Assembly: GCF_000497125.1 (NCBI RefSeq)
Contig: NC_090598.1
Coordinates: forward strand, 620,001-684,000
Reading direction: 5' to 3'
Length of the DNA: 64,000 nucleotides
Origin: Spironucleus salmonicida
Taxonomy: Eukaryota
The notes under the pieces are model-generated. The model was not told the DNA's origin, ran no database searches, and worked only from the letters and a program-made list of their open reading frames with translations. Made by a program: the position numbers and the translations under genes. Positions 52,575-63,882 of the stretch are shown one piece after another (position 1 is the first letter of the stretch; the number at the start of each line of letters is the position of its first letter).

Positions 52575-54155
52575 ATGGAATAAAGTAAAACATAATCCCA
52601 ATTAGAAGATATTGAAAATATCATCGAAGTGTCTTGTGGTACAACTATTAGAAAAAGTAAAATAACCGCATAGACTAACCTGACAAAGGATATCTAATAT
52701 TTAGGTAACGGTCCTATTTTCAAAGTACTAATTTATTAGTCGTATAACAATCTTATTGGCTTTCTTATTATGACTTTGTATATGATAGTCGGCTCTATAT
52801 TCATTGGACAATATTTAGGAGAACCTGGCTTAGCATCTTCATCGGTTGGCACTTCACTTGAGCTCTTAGTATGTGTTATCATTATTTAGTCATTATCAGT
52901 TGGTGCAATATCACTTATTGGGCCTTCCTTAGGTTAAAATAAAATAGAAGATGCTAGAAATTACGCTACCTAGTTTTTCATGCTAGTAGTTATATTTAAC
53001 ATCTTAATGCCCGCTATAATACTTCCATTGAAAGACTATATAGCTAGAGGTCTTGGTGCAACTACAGAACCAGTATTTACGTACTTGTCTAACTATATGT
53101 GGGTTATGTACTCAGTAGTGGTCTTAGCTTATACCATCAATGGTGCTTTACTTCCGTTGTTACGACAAGAAAATAAGGTGAAAGAGGCAATGATCTGCTT
53201 GATAGTAAGCTCACTTCTCAATATTACTTTAGATGCATTTCTATTTAATGTTTTCTCAGACAAACTTAAAATGTAATGCGCTGCAATCTCAGCAGTAATA
53301 TCATAATTGGTAATTGATGTGTGGATTCTGTTTAACTTTTTTGGAGGTGTTAAATCTATGGGAATTAGATTTGATAAAAACTATATTAAATTAAGCTGGT
53401 TTTTTGTAAGTGCAACTTTTAAATAATTTCTTCCAGCCGCATTTAATACTATTCCAGTTATTATTGCATAAGGTTTAATAAGTTCATAAATATCCAAGTA
53501 TGCAGAAATTAGAACTACTTAGTATTAATCAATCTGGGGAATATTTTTAAGATTAGTATAATTGATGATTTAACCAAGGATTGGCATATATTTTGGATTT
53601 TGAGCTATTTTATCTTATAACCTAGGATAAAATAAATATCGCCGAATATAAAAACTAATTTTATATGCTGATTGGTTAACAATTGGTATATAAATAATAA
53701 TATAAGTATTTATATTAATGCCTTATTTGATAAAAATGTTTGATTCTGATGAATAGTTTGTTAAAGAAGCTACGCTATTACTTAGAATAGGTTTTGCTGG
53801 AATGTTTTTATAAGGTTCCATTACATTTTCATCTGGTGTATTTTAAATGAGAAGGCAAATAGTAGCAGCTACTTTACTCTAGGTATTTAGGTTAATTATT
53901 AATGTTATAGGTATCTACGTTATTCCATTATATTTAGATATTAAATGGATTTTTATTGTGCCTACAACAACAGAAATAAGAGGTTTTATTATGTCTTAGA
54001 TAATAATATGGTAGTAAAGTCACTATTTTAAAAAATTAGCCGATAAATAGGATGTTGATTCAGAAGAATAAGAGAAAAATTAAGATGCCAGCATTTCTCC
54101 TTGTAGATCTCACTTATAAACGGCATAATGTGTCAATAATAACAATTAAGAATGA
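52575..54155 (+). pseudogene. MATE transporter paralog with one in-frame TGA at 53601-53603
   Basis: Colinear with 6040-7626. Reads GIYFGF-TGA-AILSYN where the paralog has GVYFGF-TTA(L)-AILSYN. The frame stays open to TGA 54153-54155. Confidence 0.82.
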
Positions 54156-54750
54156 GTTATGTATTTTATTTATTCTATACTCTTGATTTCTATATTTAAA
54201 AACTGAAGCTTAATCTAAATATCAATATGATTATATTCGTATCTCTATGTCATACATATAAATTAATGAGTTCCATGAATATAAATGAAATGATGAATTA
54301 GATTAAAGTCTATATTATAAAATTTAAGTAATATATTAATGAAAAGTATATTATTATTGGAGTCAAAATATTATAAGTCTTAAAAACTATTTAATTAATT
54401 TTTCTTATCCATCAGTCTATAAAATAAATGACTAATTTTTGTATATTTTTATTAATATATAATATACTAACAAGTTAAATTAAATTAGATTGATGTACAT
54501 TTGTTTTTATACTTACAGTTGATCTTGTTTTTGTTATGCAACTAACACTAATGATAATAATCTTTATGTTATTGTTGAATTTTATATTCTTATATACATA
54601 AAATAACTGTATATTATATAGTGTTAACAAGTAATGCTATAGAAACACTATTATGATTATTTAAGTAATTGATTGATATTTTACTATCTAGATTATAACC
54701 AAAGAAATAATTGGATATAATAATTAAAAATAAGATGCATCTGCACTCAC

Positions 54751-55077
54751 TCATGCTTTGTTGCTGCTTTTCTTAGCTGCAATATGTTCGTCAACTTCTT
54801 CGATATTATCATGATCATTTTCTAACAACGGCTATCTCTCTATATTAGTTTTCTTATCATTCTTAATTTTGTTGAGGATGGCATAAATTAGCATACCGAC
54901 TATGAATCCGATAAACACGATTCCCATCACAATGCCAATAATAACGTCAATTTTTTACTATTCAGGGTTGATTTCTACGCATATATTGTACTCTAGCTGG
55001 TAACTATCGTTGCAGTGTTGACAGGTATTTATGTCGTCAGTGCACAAGTAACAGTTCTCTACGACGCATTGCTCCAT
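54751..55077 (-). CDS. Miniature cysteine-rich membrane protein, 108 aa
   Basis: MEQCVVENCYLCTDDINTCQHCNDSYQLEYNIC, TM VIIGIVMGIVFIGFIVGMLIYAIL, tail containing ERQPLL. Confidence 0.85.
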
Positions 55078-55643
55078 TTCTAGATTTTTAAATCTTTTAG
55101 TATTCGTATTATATTATTATATTTCTAGCTAATAAATATTTTATTTTATTAGTGTACAATATTGTTATCAATGCGACAGTTCCGTTGCTCTACACGTGCT
55201 AACACAGGCTAAAAGGCTATTTTAATGAATTTCTCAAAAGCAGCTTTGTTTAATCTGGGCTCTAAGTTCTGCTCATTAGATGAGGGAAAACTTTCCGCAC
55301 AATACCACTACTTTAGTCTAAATCTTCCTGTTTGACCTATTGCGACTCTAGCATCCAAAGACAGCATTTTTCAGTCTGGCCAGTTTAGTAGATTCGATTT
55401 TATTTAGATTCAAAAATTTCTAATATTTCCTTATTCTAGTTCAATTTAACCCATTGTCTAGTTCAATTTCACTTCAACTTTCATTATATCACTTACCACT
55501 CCATCACATTTTCACACCTATTCTCACTTATATATCAAATTTTTCAAAAAATTAAAAACGTAAAAAACGTAAAACCTTAAAAAACTTAAAGAAATAAATT
55601 CAAATTATAACAATAAAACCTAAAACCTAAAAATTTAACCCCC

Positions 55644-56825
55644 TCACAAATCGTCAGCTTTCCTCTAGTACCCCTTAACATAAATGCTCTCCTGCCGCAT
55701 CGCCTTCACAGGCAGCTTCGCGTCGTACTCCCACTCCTCGTTTTCCTTATCGACGTACCGCTCCCACGCGTCGCCCTGGTGCATTTTTGCGAGCCGGACG
55801 GCCTCGCAATTCACGATTTCGAGGTTCTCGAGATGCGCCTTTTCGCGCATTTTGAGGCCCTGCGTTTTGGTCAATTTCCGGTACTTTTCGCTCTCCGGAC
55901 TCGCCCAAAACGCGACGAATTCCTCGATTTCCTGCGCGAAATTCTCGAAGTCCTCGCGGAACTTCGCGCTCTCGGCGCCGAGGATCCAGAACGCGTCCTG
56001 GAGCGTCGGGGCTTCCTGGCCCAGATAGTTCCCGAAATTCTCGTCCTGGTAGAACGAAATTTCGGTGAAGTCGTCAAAAACGTTAATTAGAATTGAATTT
56101 TGGATTTCCGCTTCCTCCTCCAAAGTTGCCAAAAACTGCCCAAAAACGGAAATCGAGAGCGCGAAGTTGTCTTTTGATGGTTTTTGGGCCTTCACGGCAG
56201 CATGCAGAGAGTCGTTCCAGACGTCGATAACGTGCAAAACCAGCGACCTCTGAACGGCTAGGTTCTTAATTCTGGGTGGAGAAAATATCACTAGTTCGAG
56301 CGTTTGGATGTACTTAAAATGTTGGTTTCCCTAGTCTGAAAAGCCTGAAATCATCATTTACAAAATGGCTTAGCGGGCAAGGTACATGAATTTTGATTGG
56401 CGGAGATAGTCGACTGAGTTCCATTCCCGGATGAGCGTTTCGAGCAAACAGCGGAAAAATAGCGTTTTCGGACCGCCGTAGTCTTTGTTTTACACGATTT
56501 CGTCGTCCTCGCCCTCGTCCTCTTCGGGCTCGAAGGCCTCTTCGACGCAGAAAATTTCTTCCATTTCGCGCTGATTCGGGCAGGCATGGATCAGTTCAGC
56601 GACGCCTTCGGCGATGCTCCGCTGCAGCGCAATATCGTCCTCCTTGTAGAGATACAGGTATAGGCCTTTGAGCAGTTGCATCATCTTCAAATAGTCGAAC
56701 GGGAGTGCCTTTATCGCGCTGTTCAGCTCCCTTTGGACTATCGCAAATGCTGCGTTCCGGTCCGCCTTCTCCTCGCACTGGAGGTACCACAGGAGCTTCT
56801 TGAAGTGGGGCTCGACGAATGACAT
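55644..56825 (-). CDS. RRP1: Nucleolar rRNA processing protein Rrp1/Nop52 family, 393 aa
   Basis: LQCEEKADRNAA...QLLKGLYLYLYKEDDIALQRSIAEGVAELIH and FFRCLLETLIREWNSVDYLRQSKFMYLAR match the Nop52 motifs (LWKGLFY..W.SDK..Q; REW..ID..R.DKF..L.R). Confidence 0.85.
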
Positions 56826-57439
56826 TTTGGGGAGTGTGGGGTGGAACGGAATTAGTGATTATATATTATATTAAGTAATTTATATAATGTGGAAGGGAGA
56901 TAAAAATGAAGGTTTTAACAAGACCAGATAGATTAAATTGGGCACGGAATGCTATTGTAAAAAAAAGACTGAGTAAAGGGACGTATGCTGGTGATATTTT
57001 GAGTACGGGTGAAGCGGAAATTATGACATGGGTAGTGGTCAAATATGATGGGATGCTGCACTACCGCATGCTACCGCTCAATAAGGCCTCTGGAGTGCGG
57101 AAATAGCAAGAGGAAATAAAATACTAGATACAATTTTATACAGCTACAACGCGTAATATCCATATGAACAAACACCAAATAATTAGAGCGAAGGCACACC
57201 GCAGCGCTCATTAAACCTGCGCGAGCCTCAGCTGCCATACCGCATTTTCTTACTTCCAGATGGCGCACCGAAGCGGCAGAGCGAATTCAGCCAAAAGTGC
57301 TTAAAAATCCTCAAAATCTGACCGCCTTGTTCCCGAATTTCCAATGCCAATTTCTTCTCCCCCGTTTAAACCGCAAACCCGCAAAAGTCACATTTTCGCA
57401 CTCCCAACACCAGAAATTCTGCGAAACCCCAAAACTCGC

Positions 57440-59365
57440 TCACTCGGCGTCCATAAACTCACCAAAGTACAGCCCGGTCAGCTTCTGGTCCTTGTCCTTG
57501 CTGCTGTTCAGCTTGTTCACCCTGGGTCTCAGGCTCTCCGCGTCCCTCCTGAAGGTGACGCCAACGACCTTCAGGAACTGATTCATGCCGTCGACGAGCG
57601 AAACCGGCGCGTTGGCTGTGCAGTCGACGCCTGGTTCGCCCTGGAACACGATCACGCGGTCGGCCAAATAGAGGCTCATCAGGAAATCGTGTTCGACGAT
57701 GTAGCAACATTTTGCGCACGACAAAATGAAGCGCTTGATGACCTTTGCGACGATGAGACGCTACGTCGCGTCCAGATACGCGCTGGGCTCGTCGATGAGG
57801 TAGACTTCCGCCTGCTTTCCGAGGGCCAGGATCGTGGCTACGCGCTGCAATTCGCCGCCTGAGAGCTGCTTGAGCTCTCTGTCCAAAAGGTGCTAGATTT
57901 GGAGGGGTTTGACGACGCTTTCGACGAATCCTCTGTTATTGAATGTTTCTGGGATTCTGTTATTCAAGAAATCAGATACTGAGGAATCTGCGTTTGGTGC
58001 GATCGTTTAGGGCTTGTAGGACACTGGAAGCTTGGGAATGGAGTCGCCGGGTTTCAAAATTGGGTCGTATCCTTTTGCACCTGCGATTGTTTTCACGAAA
58101 GTTGATTTTCCTGTACCATTTTCACCTAAGATTAGGACTATTTGTGAGGTCATAAAATCTCCACCGGTTATATTTAATGTAAATTGGCCAAGCTTGATTT
58201 GCATATCTGGATAAGAGGTAATATAAGTTGGTTTGACTTCTGGCAGCTCTTCTTCGGCTGGAGCTTCAACTTCTTGCTATTTTTTGCCTTTTTTAGCTGG
58301 CTCTTCTTTCTGTTCCTACGCCTATTAGATTTTGAATCTAAGTTCTGTGTCACGGAAACGCATGTTTTCTGTGGGAATATAGCCTTTTAAGAAGATATTA
58401 ATTCCATCGCGAACAGAAAATGGAAGAGTAATAATACCGTAAACACCTGGTTGGCCATACAGCAATGAAACAAAATCTGACATATAATCTAGAATAGCTA
58501 AATCATGTTCAACTACAATACAATATTTATCAGAATTGTTTTCAACGAGTTCGCGGATGACTTAACCAACCGCAAGTCTTTGCTTTACATCCAAATAAGA
58601 TGAGGGTTCATCAATTAAATAGCAATCGTAATCTCTTACAATAACATAGGCTAAAGCAAATCTTTAAAGCTCACCGCCAGAGAGTTAAGCCACTTATCTT
58701 TGCATGAGTCCTTTCAATTACAATTTCTCTAAAACACTATTGGTGAATTCTGAATTTCGTTTAATGTACTTTGAAAACATCTTTTCGACTGTGTTTTTAG
58801 CTTTTTCAGTTTTATTGATAGAATCTACATACTATAGCTTTAATCCAACATCCATCTCAGAGTTATACAATCTCGCAAAATAAGTCTATAGTTCGCTACC
58901 TCTGAATCTCTTAATAATTTCTTATGTATCCCAGTCAGTTTTGAAGTCTCCAAAGTTTGGTCTAAGCTCATTGCAAAGAATCTGAAGAGCAGTAGATTTA
59001 CCAGTACCATTCTCTCCAACAAGTCCTAAAACTTGACCTGGACGAGGGGTTGGTAATCTATGAAGTCTGAAAGAATTTTCAGCATAACGGAATGATACTT
59101 AAGAATCTAAAGTAGAAGGTAAGTTAACAATTCTAATAGCATCTGTTGGGCATTTTTTAACACATATATCACATCCTATGCACATATTTTCAGATATAAG
59201 AGCACGCTTAGAAGTCTGTGTAACCACAATACACTTCTTCTCGAGCTTATTAACAGGGCAAAAAGAACGACACTAGAGACCACATTTTTGAGGACGGCAT
59301 CTATCAGGGTTAACTACTGCAATACGAGTAACTTAATCAGTTTTTGATTTACCTTTTTATGACAT
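57440..59365 (-). CDS. ABCE1: ABCE1/Rli1 ribosome recycling ATPase (RNase L inhibitor), 641 aa
   Basis: N-terminal Fe-S motifs [24 protein letters not shown] and [36 protein letters not shown], two LSGGELQR signatures, DEPS, VEHD, C-terminal RPRVNK..S.KD..QK..G.YF. Confidence 0.97.
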
Positions 59366-59443
59366 TTCACGAGGAGTGGAGAAGGAAAGTAAATAATAAA
59401 TATTTATTATTAAATAATAATATAATTCGTGACTATGTATAGT

Positions 59444-59998
59444 TCAGATCATAAAGTTCTTTCTTTCACCTTCTACAAGAGGAACTTCTTTCTGTACATC
59501 TACCTGTTCTTCAACTTGATATAATTATTACTATAATTAATCATCCTTATATATACTACCATATTTTTCAATATTTTCCTTCACTATTTCAAAATATTCT
59601 AAAGTCCTTTGCACTTCTATATTACTATCTCCTTCTTACTTAACTGCACAACTTAATAATTCTTACGCTTCTCCAGTTTAGCTCCGTATTCCATCAATTA
59701 AAATACCAAATTAACCTTTATAAATTGGAGTCTTCTACTCAACAGTATTATAATAATGAATAATTTTTTTAATGTAGCAATTCAATGTATCCTCATCTGC
59801 CTCTGAAAGTATGAAATTCTAGAAAATGAACTCGATATTACTGGTCGTAACTAAAAGAACTTAAGCTGCTTTAGCATATGCAGCCACTTCATTTGGTGTT
59901 GCAGTACGTAATAATGCAGAACAGATTTTAATTTAATTTTTATACTACTACTAGATAGGTATGTCCATTGGCACAGAGTGTAATTGTGGAAAATCCAT
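59444..59998 (-). CDS. Hypothetical protein, 184 aa
   Basis: Code-6 ORF MDFPQLHSVPMDIPIQQQY... in a gene-dense context. Confidence 0.75.
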
Positions 59999-60050
59999 TT
60001 TGCAGATTAAAAGGAAAGAATACATTATATATAATTATATTTGAAATATT

Positions 60051-60380
60051 ATGAAAATTTTAATGAATCCACCAGCACCATAACCACACCCCAGAATTCT
60101 TAAGAGGAAAATACCATAAACTGCTGAAGTTATCTCTCATATACATGTATAAGAAGTCCGTTTGCCTTCACCTCCTAAACCAGAGCCATAAAATAAAATT
60201 ACTTTTAATCAGACAAAATATAATAATTTACCTTCAGTAGAACTTGATTTAAATGATTCGTATATTGCTCCTGCACCTAAAAAAGTAAGAGCTTACCCAA
60301 ACTCAGGTGTAAATAGAATGGAGCTAATTGAGATATAAATGTATAATTATGAAGATTTTAGATCCGGGCTGGGACTTTGA
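60051..60380 (+). CDS. Hypothetical Pro-rich protein, 109 aa
   Basis: Code-6 ORF MKILMNPPAPQPHPRILKRK..., divergent from 59998 with a 52 bp spacer. Confidence 0.65.
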
Positions 60381-60667
60381 TACATGTTATGATGATTTAT
60401 TTGTAATTATCTTTTAAATTTAAAGTGTTATAGAACATTTCGTCTAAAAATACTATTTACTTTTAATAAATAATGACAGTAATGCAATACAAATATTATA
60501 CTTATATCTATTAAAATCTTTAAATCTCTAATAATTAACTAGACTAATTATTATGTTATTCATTTACTATATATAATATTTAAATAATTATATACACAAA
60601 CCTAAAAATATACGAAATTCTAACAGTTTTAATTAAATACGTTTATTAGTTAATATGAATCTGATAA

Positions 60668-60931
60668 ATGGATGAATTTTAATGTACGTAGATCTGTGCA
60701 ATTGAATGCACCAAACTAGATGATAAGTTTAAATGTGAATTAACTTTTGGTTCCATTATTGGAATTAGTATTTCCTTTATCATTTTTATTGTTAGCCTAC
60801 TAATATTTTATTGGCTATATGGCGAATTTAAACTAGCGCGAGGTTATATTAGAAAATATAAAGGCAGAGTTTTTTATACTTGGGTATAGATTAAAACTAA
60901 AGATACAATAACCATATTGTAATAACTATGA
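60668..60931 (+). CDS. Small single-TM protein, 87 aa
   Basis: MDEFQCTQICAIECTKLDDKFKC followed by TM FGSIIGISISFIIFIVSLLIFYWLY. Confidence 0.65.
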
Positions 60932-61483
60932 TCACTCATGGATAATTTCATCAATTCTTTACTAAATTTTTTAACAAAGTTCAGTATAACCAAGATCCTT
61001 TAAATGATTACAATCTATTTGTAGGTATTTTAATATTACTTATTTTTGATCATGAATTCCACTTATACCTAAAAAACTCATAATAGATAAAATAGCATCT
61101 TCTTTTACAATAAATAGTCCTTTCTGTTTAGAATTTTCTATATAGTGACAGTATCCTATCAATGAAGTCTTATACTAAAATAAATTACTTTATAATATAT
61201 CTGATTCGTTGATAAATATAACAATAGTACTTTCTTGTGGAAACTAAATAAAATTTTTATGAACGATATAGGATAAATCTTCTGATTATAATTACTAAAT
61301 CTAATTATTATTGAATATGCCATAAGACAATAATAATTCTTTTAAAAAAGGATCTGCGTTAGCTTTGTAAAGATTAGATGTGTAATCAAGTATTGAATTC
61401 TTAATCTAATATTTGCAAAACACTACGTTCTCAATAATATTAAAACTATCTTGATGAGTAATTAAAACTTAAAACTAAGACAT
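60932..61483 (-). CDS. Hypothetical protein, 183 aa
   Basis: AAAAATG start, code-6 ORF, ends GAG TGA directly abutting the stop of 60668-60931. Confidence 0.7.
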
Positions 61484-61576
61484 TTTTAGTGTTAACCCCT
61501 TAAATAAATACAGTATTAATATAATTTATATAAAGAATTAGATTAAAATCAATTTTAATCCTATAATGTAATAAAT

Positions 61577-62326
61577 TCAAATTAAAAGACAAACTGATAA
61601 TAATCCTTATACTCGTAAATCTACAATCTAAATATCTTTTTAATTTATATAGAACGCCTCAGCTTCCGATCGAATATCATCATCTCCACTTAATCGGCAT
61701 ATATAGTAAATTCCTAATAAGTTTAAATTGTTTTTTAATGTTGATATTTTTTCTAATTATAGGATGATTTATTATGAAACTGAATTAAAGATCAAATTGT
61801 TAGTCATCTAAGATATCTATATGTAAATTAAATAATATTCCACGTCTTATGTTGGGATAACAAGTTTTGGTAATTAAAATATAAAATCTAATTCAATTTA
61901 GGATTAAATAGCATTAGTTGAAACATTTATTATATTTAGCAACTCAGAAAATGTTTATTTAGATTACAAAAAATGTGTGGTATACTACGTTATAAAGAAT
62001 TTTAATGTAAATTTTAGATCATCTTTACGTATAATATTAGGATTAAAGGAAGTAACACTGAATAATTATATAAGGTTTTTTAAATCTTTTGTCATGAAAC
62101 ATTCAATGGCTAACTCAAGTAATTATTATTTAGATGGATAAGTTACTAATGGAATATAATGTGTAAATTCAATTTATTATTGTTCAATTTACTAACCAGG
62201 ATGGCGTAATAAGGGCAATTTGTCAAACTATTAATTCATATTTTACGCCAGCTATATCATCATGTTACCAAATTCGTATGCAGGTGAAACCGTACCAGAT
62301 GAAGAATTAAATGTAATACTTGACAT
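61577..62326 (-). CDS. Hypothetical protein, 249 aa
   Basis: Code-6 ORF MSSITFNSSSGTVSPAYEFGNMMIQ... to TGA 61577-61579. Confidence 0.72.
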
Positions 62327-62480
62327 TTGAAATGAGTATATTTTATTATATTATTTTATATAAATGAATATCTTTTAAGATTAAACACTCGCTAATTTAA
62401 TATTTTAAGTAGTAAGGTTTACTCACATCACATTACTATTATATTGTACTATATTGTTACCATGGACATTAATATGAAAA

Positions 62481-63149
62481 ATGAAATCATCACCATCTAT
62501 TATTTTAAATGTGTAAGATCATAAAAAGGATAGAATAGGATTCTCCTAGTCAACAGTTAATCTTCCACGAATCCTATCCACAGCAACAAAACTTAGTAAT
62601 TAATTTTTACAATACTCTTCTACAGCATAATCTTAACCCATTTCAAGGGCCATAACAATAAGGTCACCGATAAGGAACATTACTTAATTATAAACTGTTG
62701 AATCATATGTTGTTAATGATCGTAAACTAGTAAGAAAAATTGGAGAAAATACTATTGTTATTCATGATGATATTATGCGAATTAAATAACTTTTTGAAGA
62801 CTTTGTTCCCATTGAAATTTTAGAAAGGTAGTATGAGCTGAACGAGTTCAACTAGATTGGATCGAAAGCATTGAAGAAATAAGGCGATCTTGGTCATATT
62901 TCTTCTTTTATTATAAAGTATTTTAAATAAATAAAGTAATACGTACAGTTAAAAGGTAGTATACATTATTTGAACGATGTTGAAATGCTAGCAAAGAATA
63001 ATTCAATATTTAAGACTCATAAATAAATATAGTAATAGAGGGCTCAGTCTGAATTTCATGAGAAATTTTAAAAGATAAAATTTAAGGAAAAGCAGAAGCG
63101 TATCATGGATATGGTAAACTAATTTCGGAATTTATAGTAAAACCATTGA
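62481..63149 (+). CDS. Hypothetical protein, 222 aa
   Basis: Code-6 ORF MKSSPSIILNVQDHKKDRIGF... with a charged helical C-terminus. Confidence 0.75.
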
Positions 63150-63409
63150 ATTAATTATTGATATAATATTTTATTCAAAGTGTAATTAGTAAAAGAAATA
63201 TTAAATAACATGTTTAATTTTGCTACATTGTGAATTATACACTATATTATATTTATTTATATATAATATATCAAATTTCGTATAGATACTTTTTAGAAAC
63301 TTATTTTGACAATATACTATAACTATATACGTAATTTATTTCATTCAAAGTTTTAATGCAACTTCAACATTTAATACTATTGTATATTTTCCATTCCGTA
63401 AATCTTTAA

Positions 63410-63643
63410 ATGGAACCTTTGAATCTTAAGGAGCATATAGCGTTTTGGGTTCTAGAAACATCCCTTCCAGGTACCCCAGTTGCTTCTGCGAGAAAACTAT
63501 TTGAACCACCTTTTTCCAGCCTCATGCCCTAGCTATAACAGCTTTTTCAGACTACAATATAGATTGAAGTAACCGGAAACATATTAGAGCGATGGTTAGA
63601 TGAGCTGCAGGACTAAACTTTAAAACAGTTCTTCCTATTTTGA
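63410..63643 (+). CDS. Small hypothetical protein, 77 aa (3' end uncertain)
   Basis: MEPLNLKEHIAFWVLETSLPGTPVASARKLF..., preceded by a C-rich stretch. Confidence 0.45.
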
Positions 63644-63882
63644 ACCAAATTTTAGCTGAGTGACATGAACAATAGCAAGCTTCCTTTGAAAAATATTTGT
63701 CATACACTAGTTATTTTATACTGTTATAAAGAAAATCGCATAATCGATGTTTCTGCCACCCTTACTAATAAATCATATATTTTACACCCATTATATCCCG
63801 TATTATTCGTGCGACAAATTATATTGGAATTATCATTTTAAGCAATATCTACTTAATATCATATAATAATACCAATTTCACC

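Noticed and set aside
53601-53603. Selenocysteine recoding of the MATE TGA, and of TGAs in 12481-14009
   Set aside because: The aligned residues are Leu, Trp or Gln rather than Cys. No SECIS was recognised, and the 12481 copy also has frameshifts.
55550-55645. Degenerate (T)AAAACCT / AAAAACGT short repeats resembling telomeric sequence
   Set aside because: Few, irregular units. Better explained as the G/T-rich 3' flank of RRP1.
56906-57862. Long plus-strand code-6 frame from ATG 56906 overlapping the ABCE1 3' end
   Set aside because: No recognisable protein features. It crosses skewed flanking DNA and the antisense of a GC-rich gene, and long TGA-free frames arise easily with only one stop codon.
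391-59022. Many overlapping or antisense ORFs in the supplied track (e.g. 24270-24890, 20647-21168, 57344-57862, 30658-31008)
   Set aside because: They are shadow frames of GC-rich genes. The true frames are identified by CxxC or known motifs once code 6 is applied.
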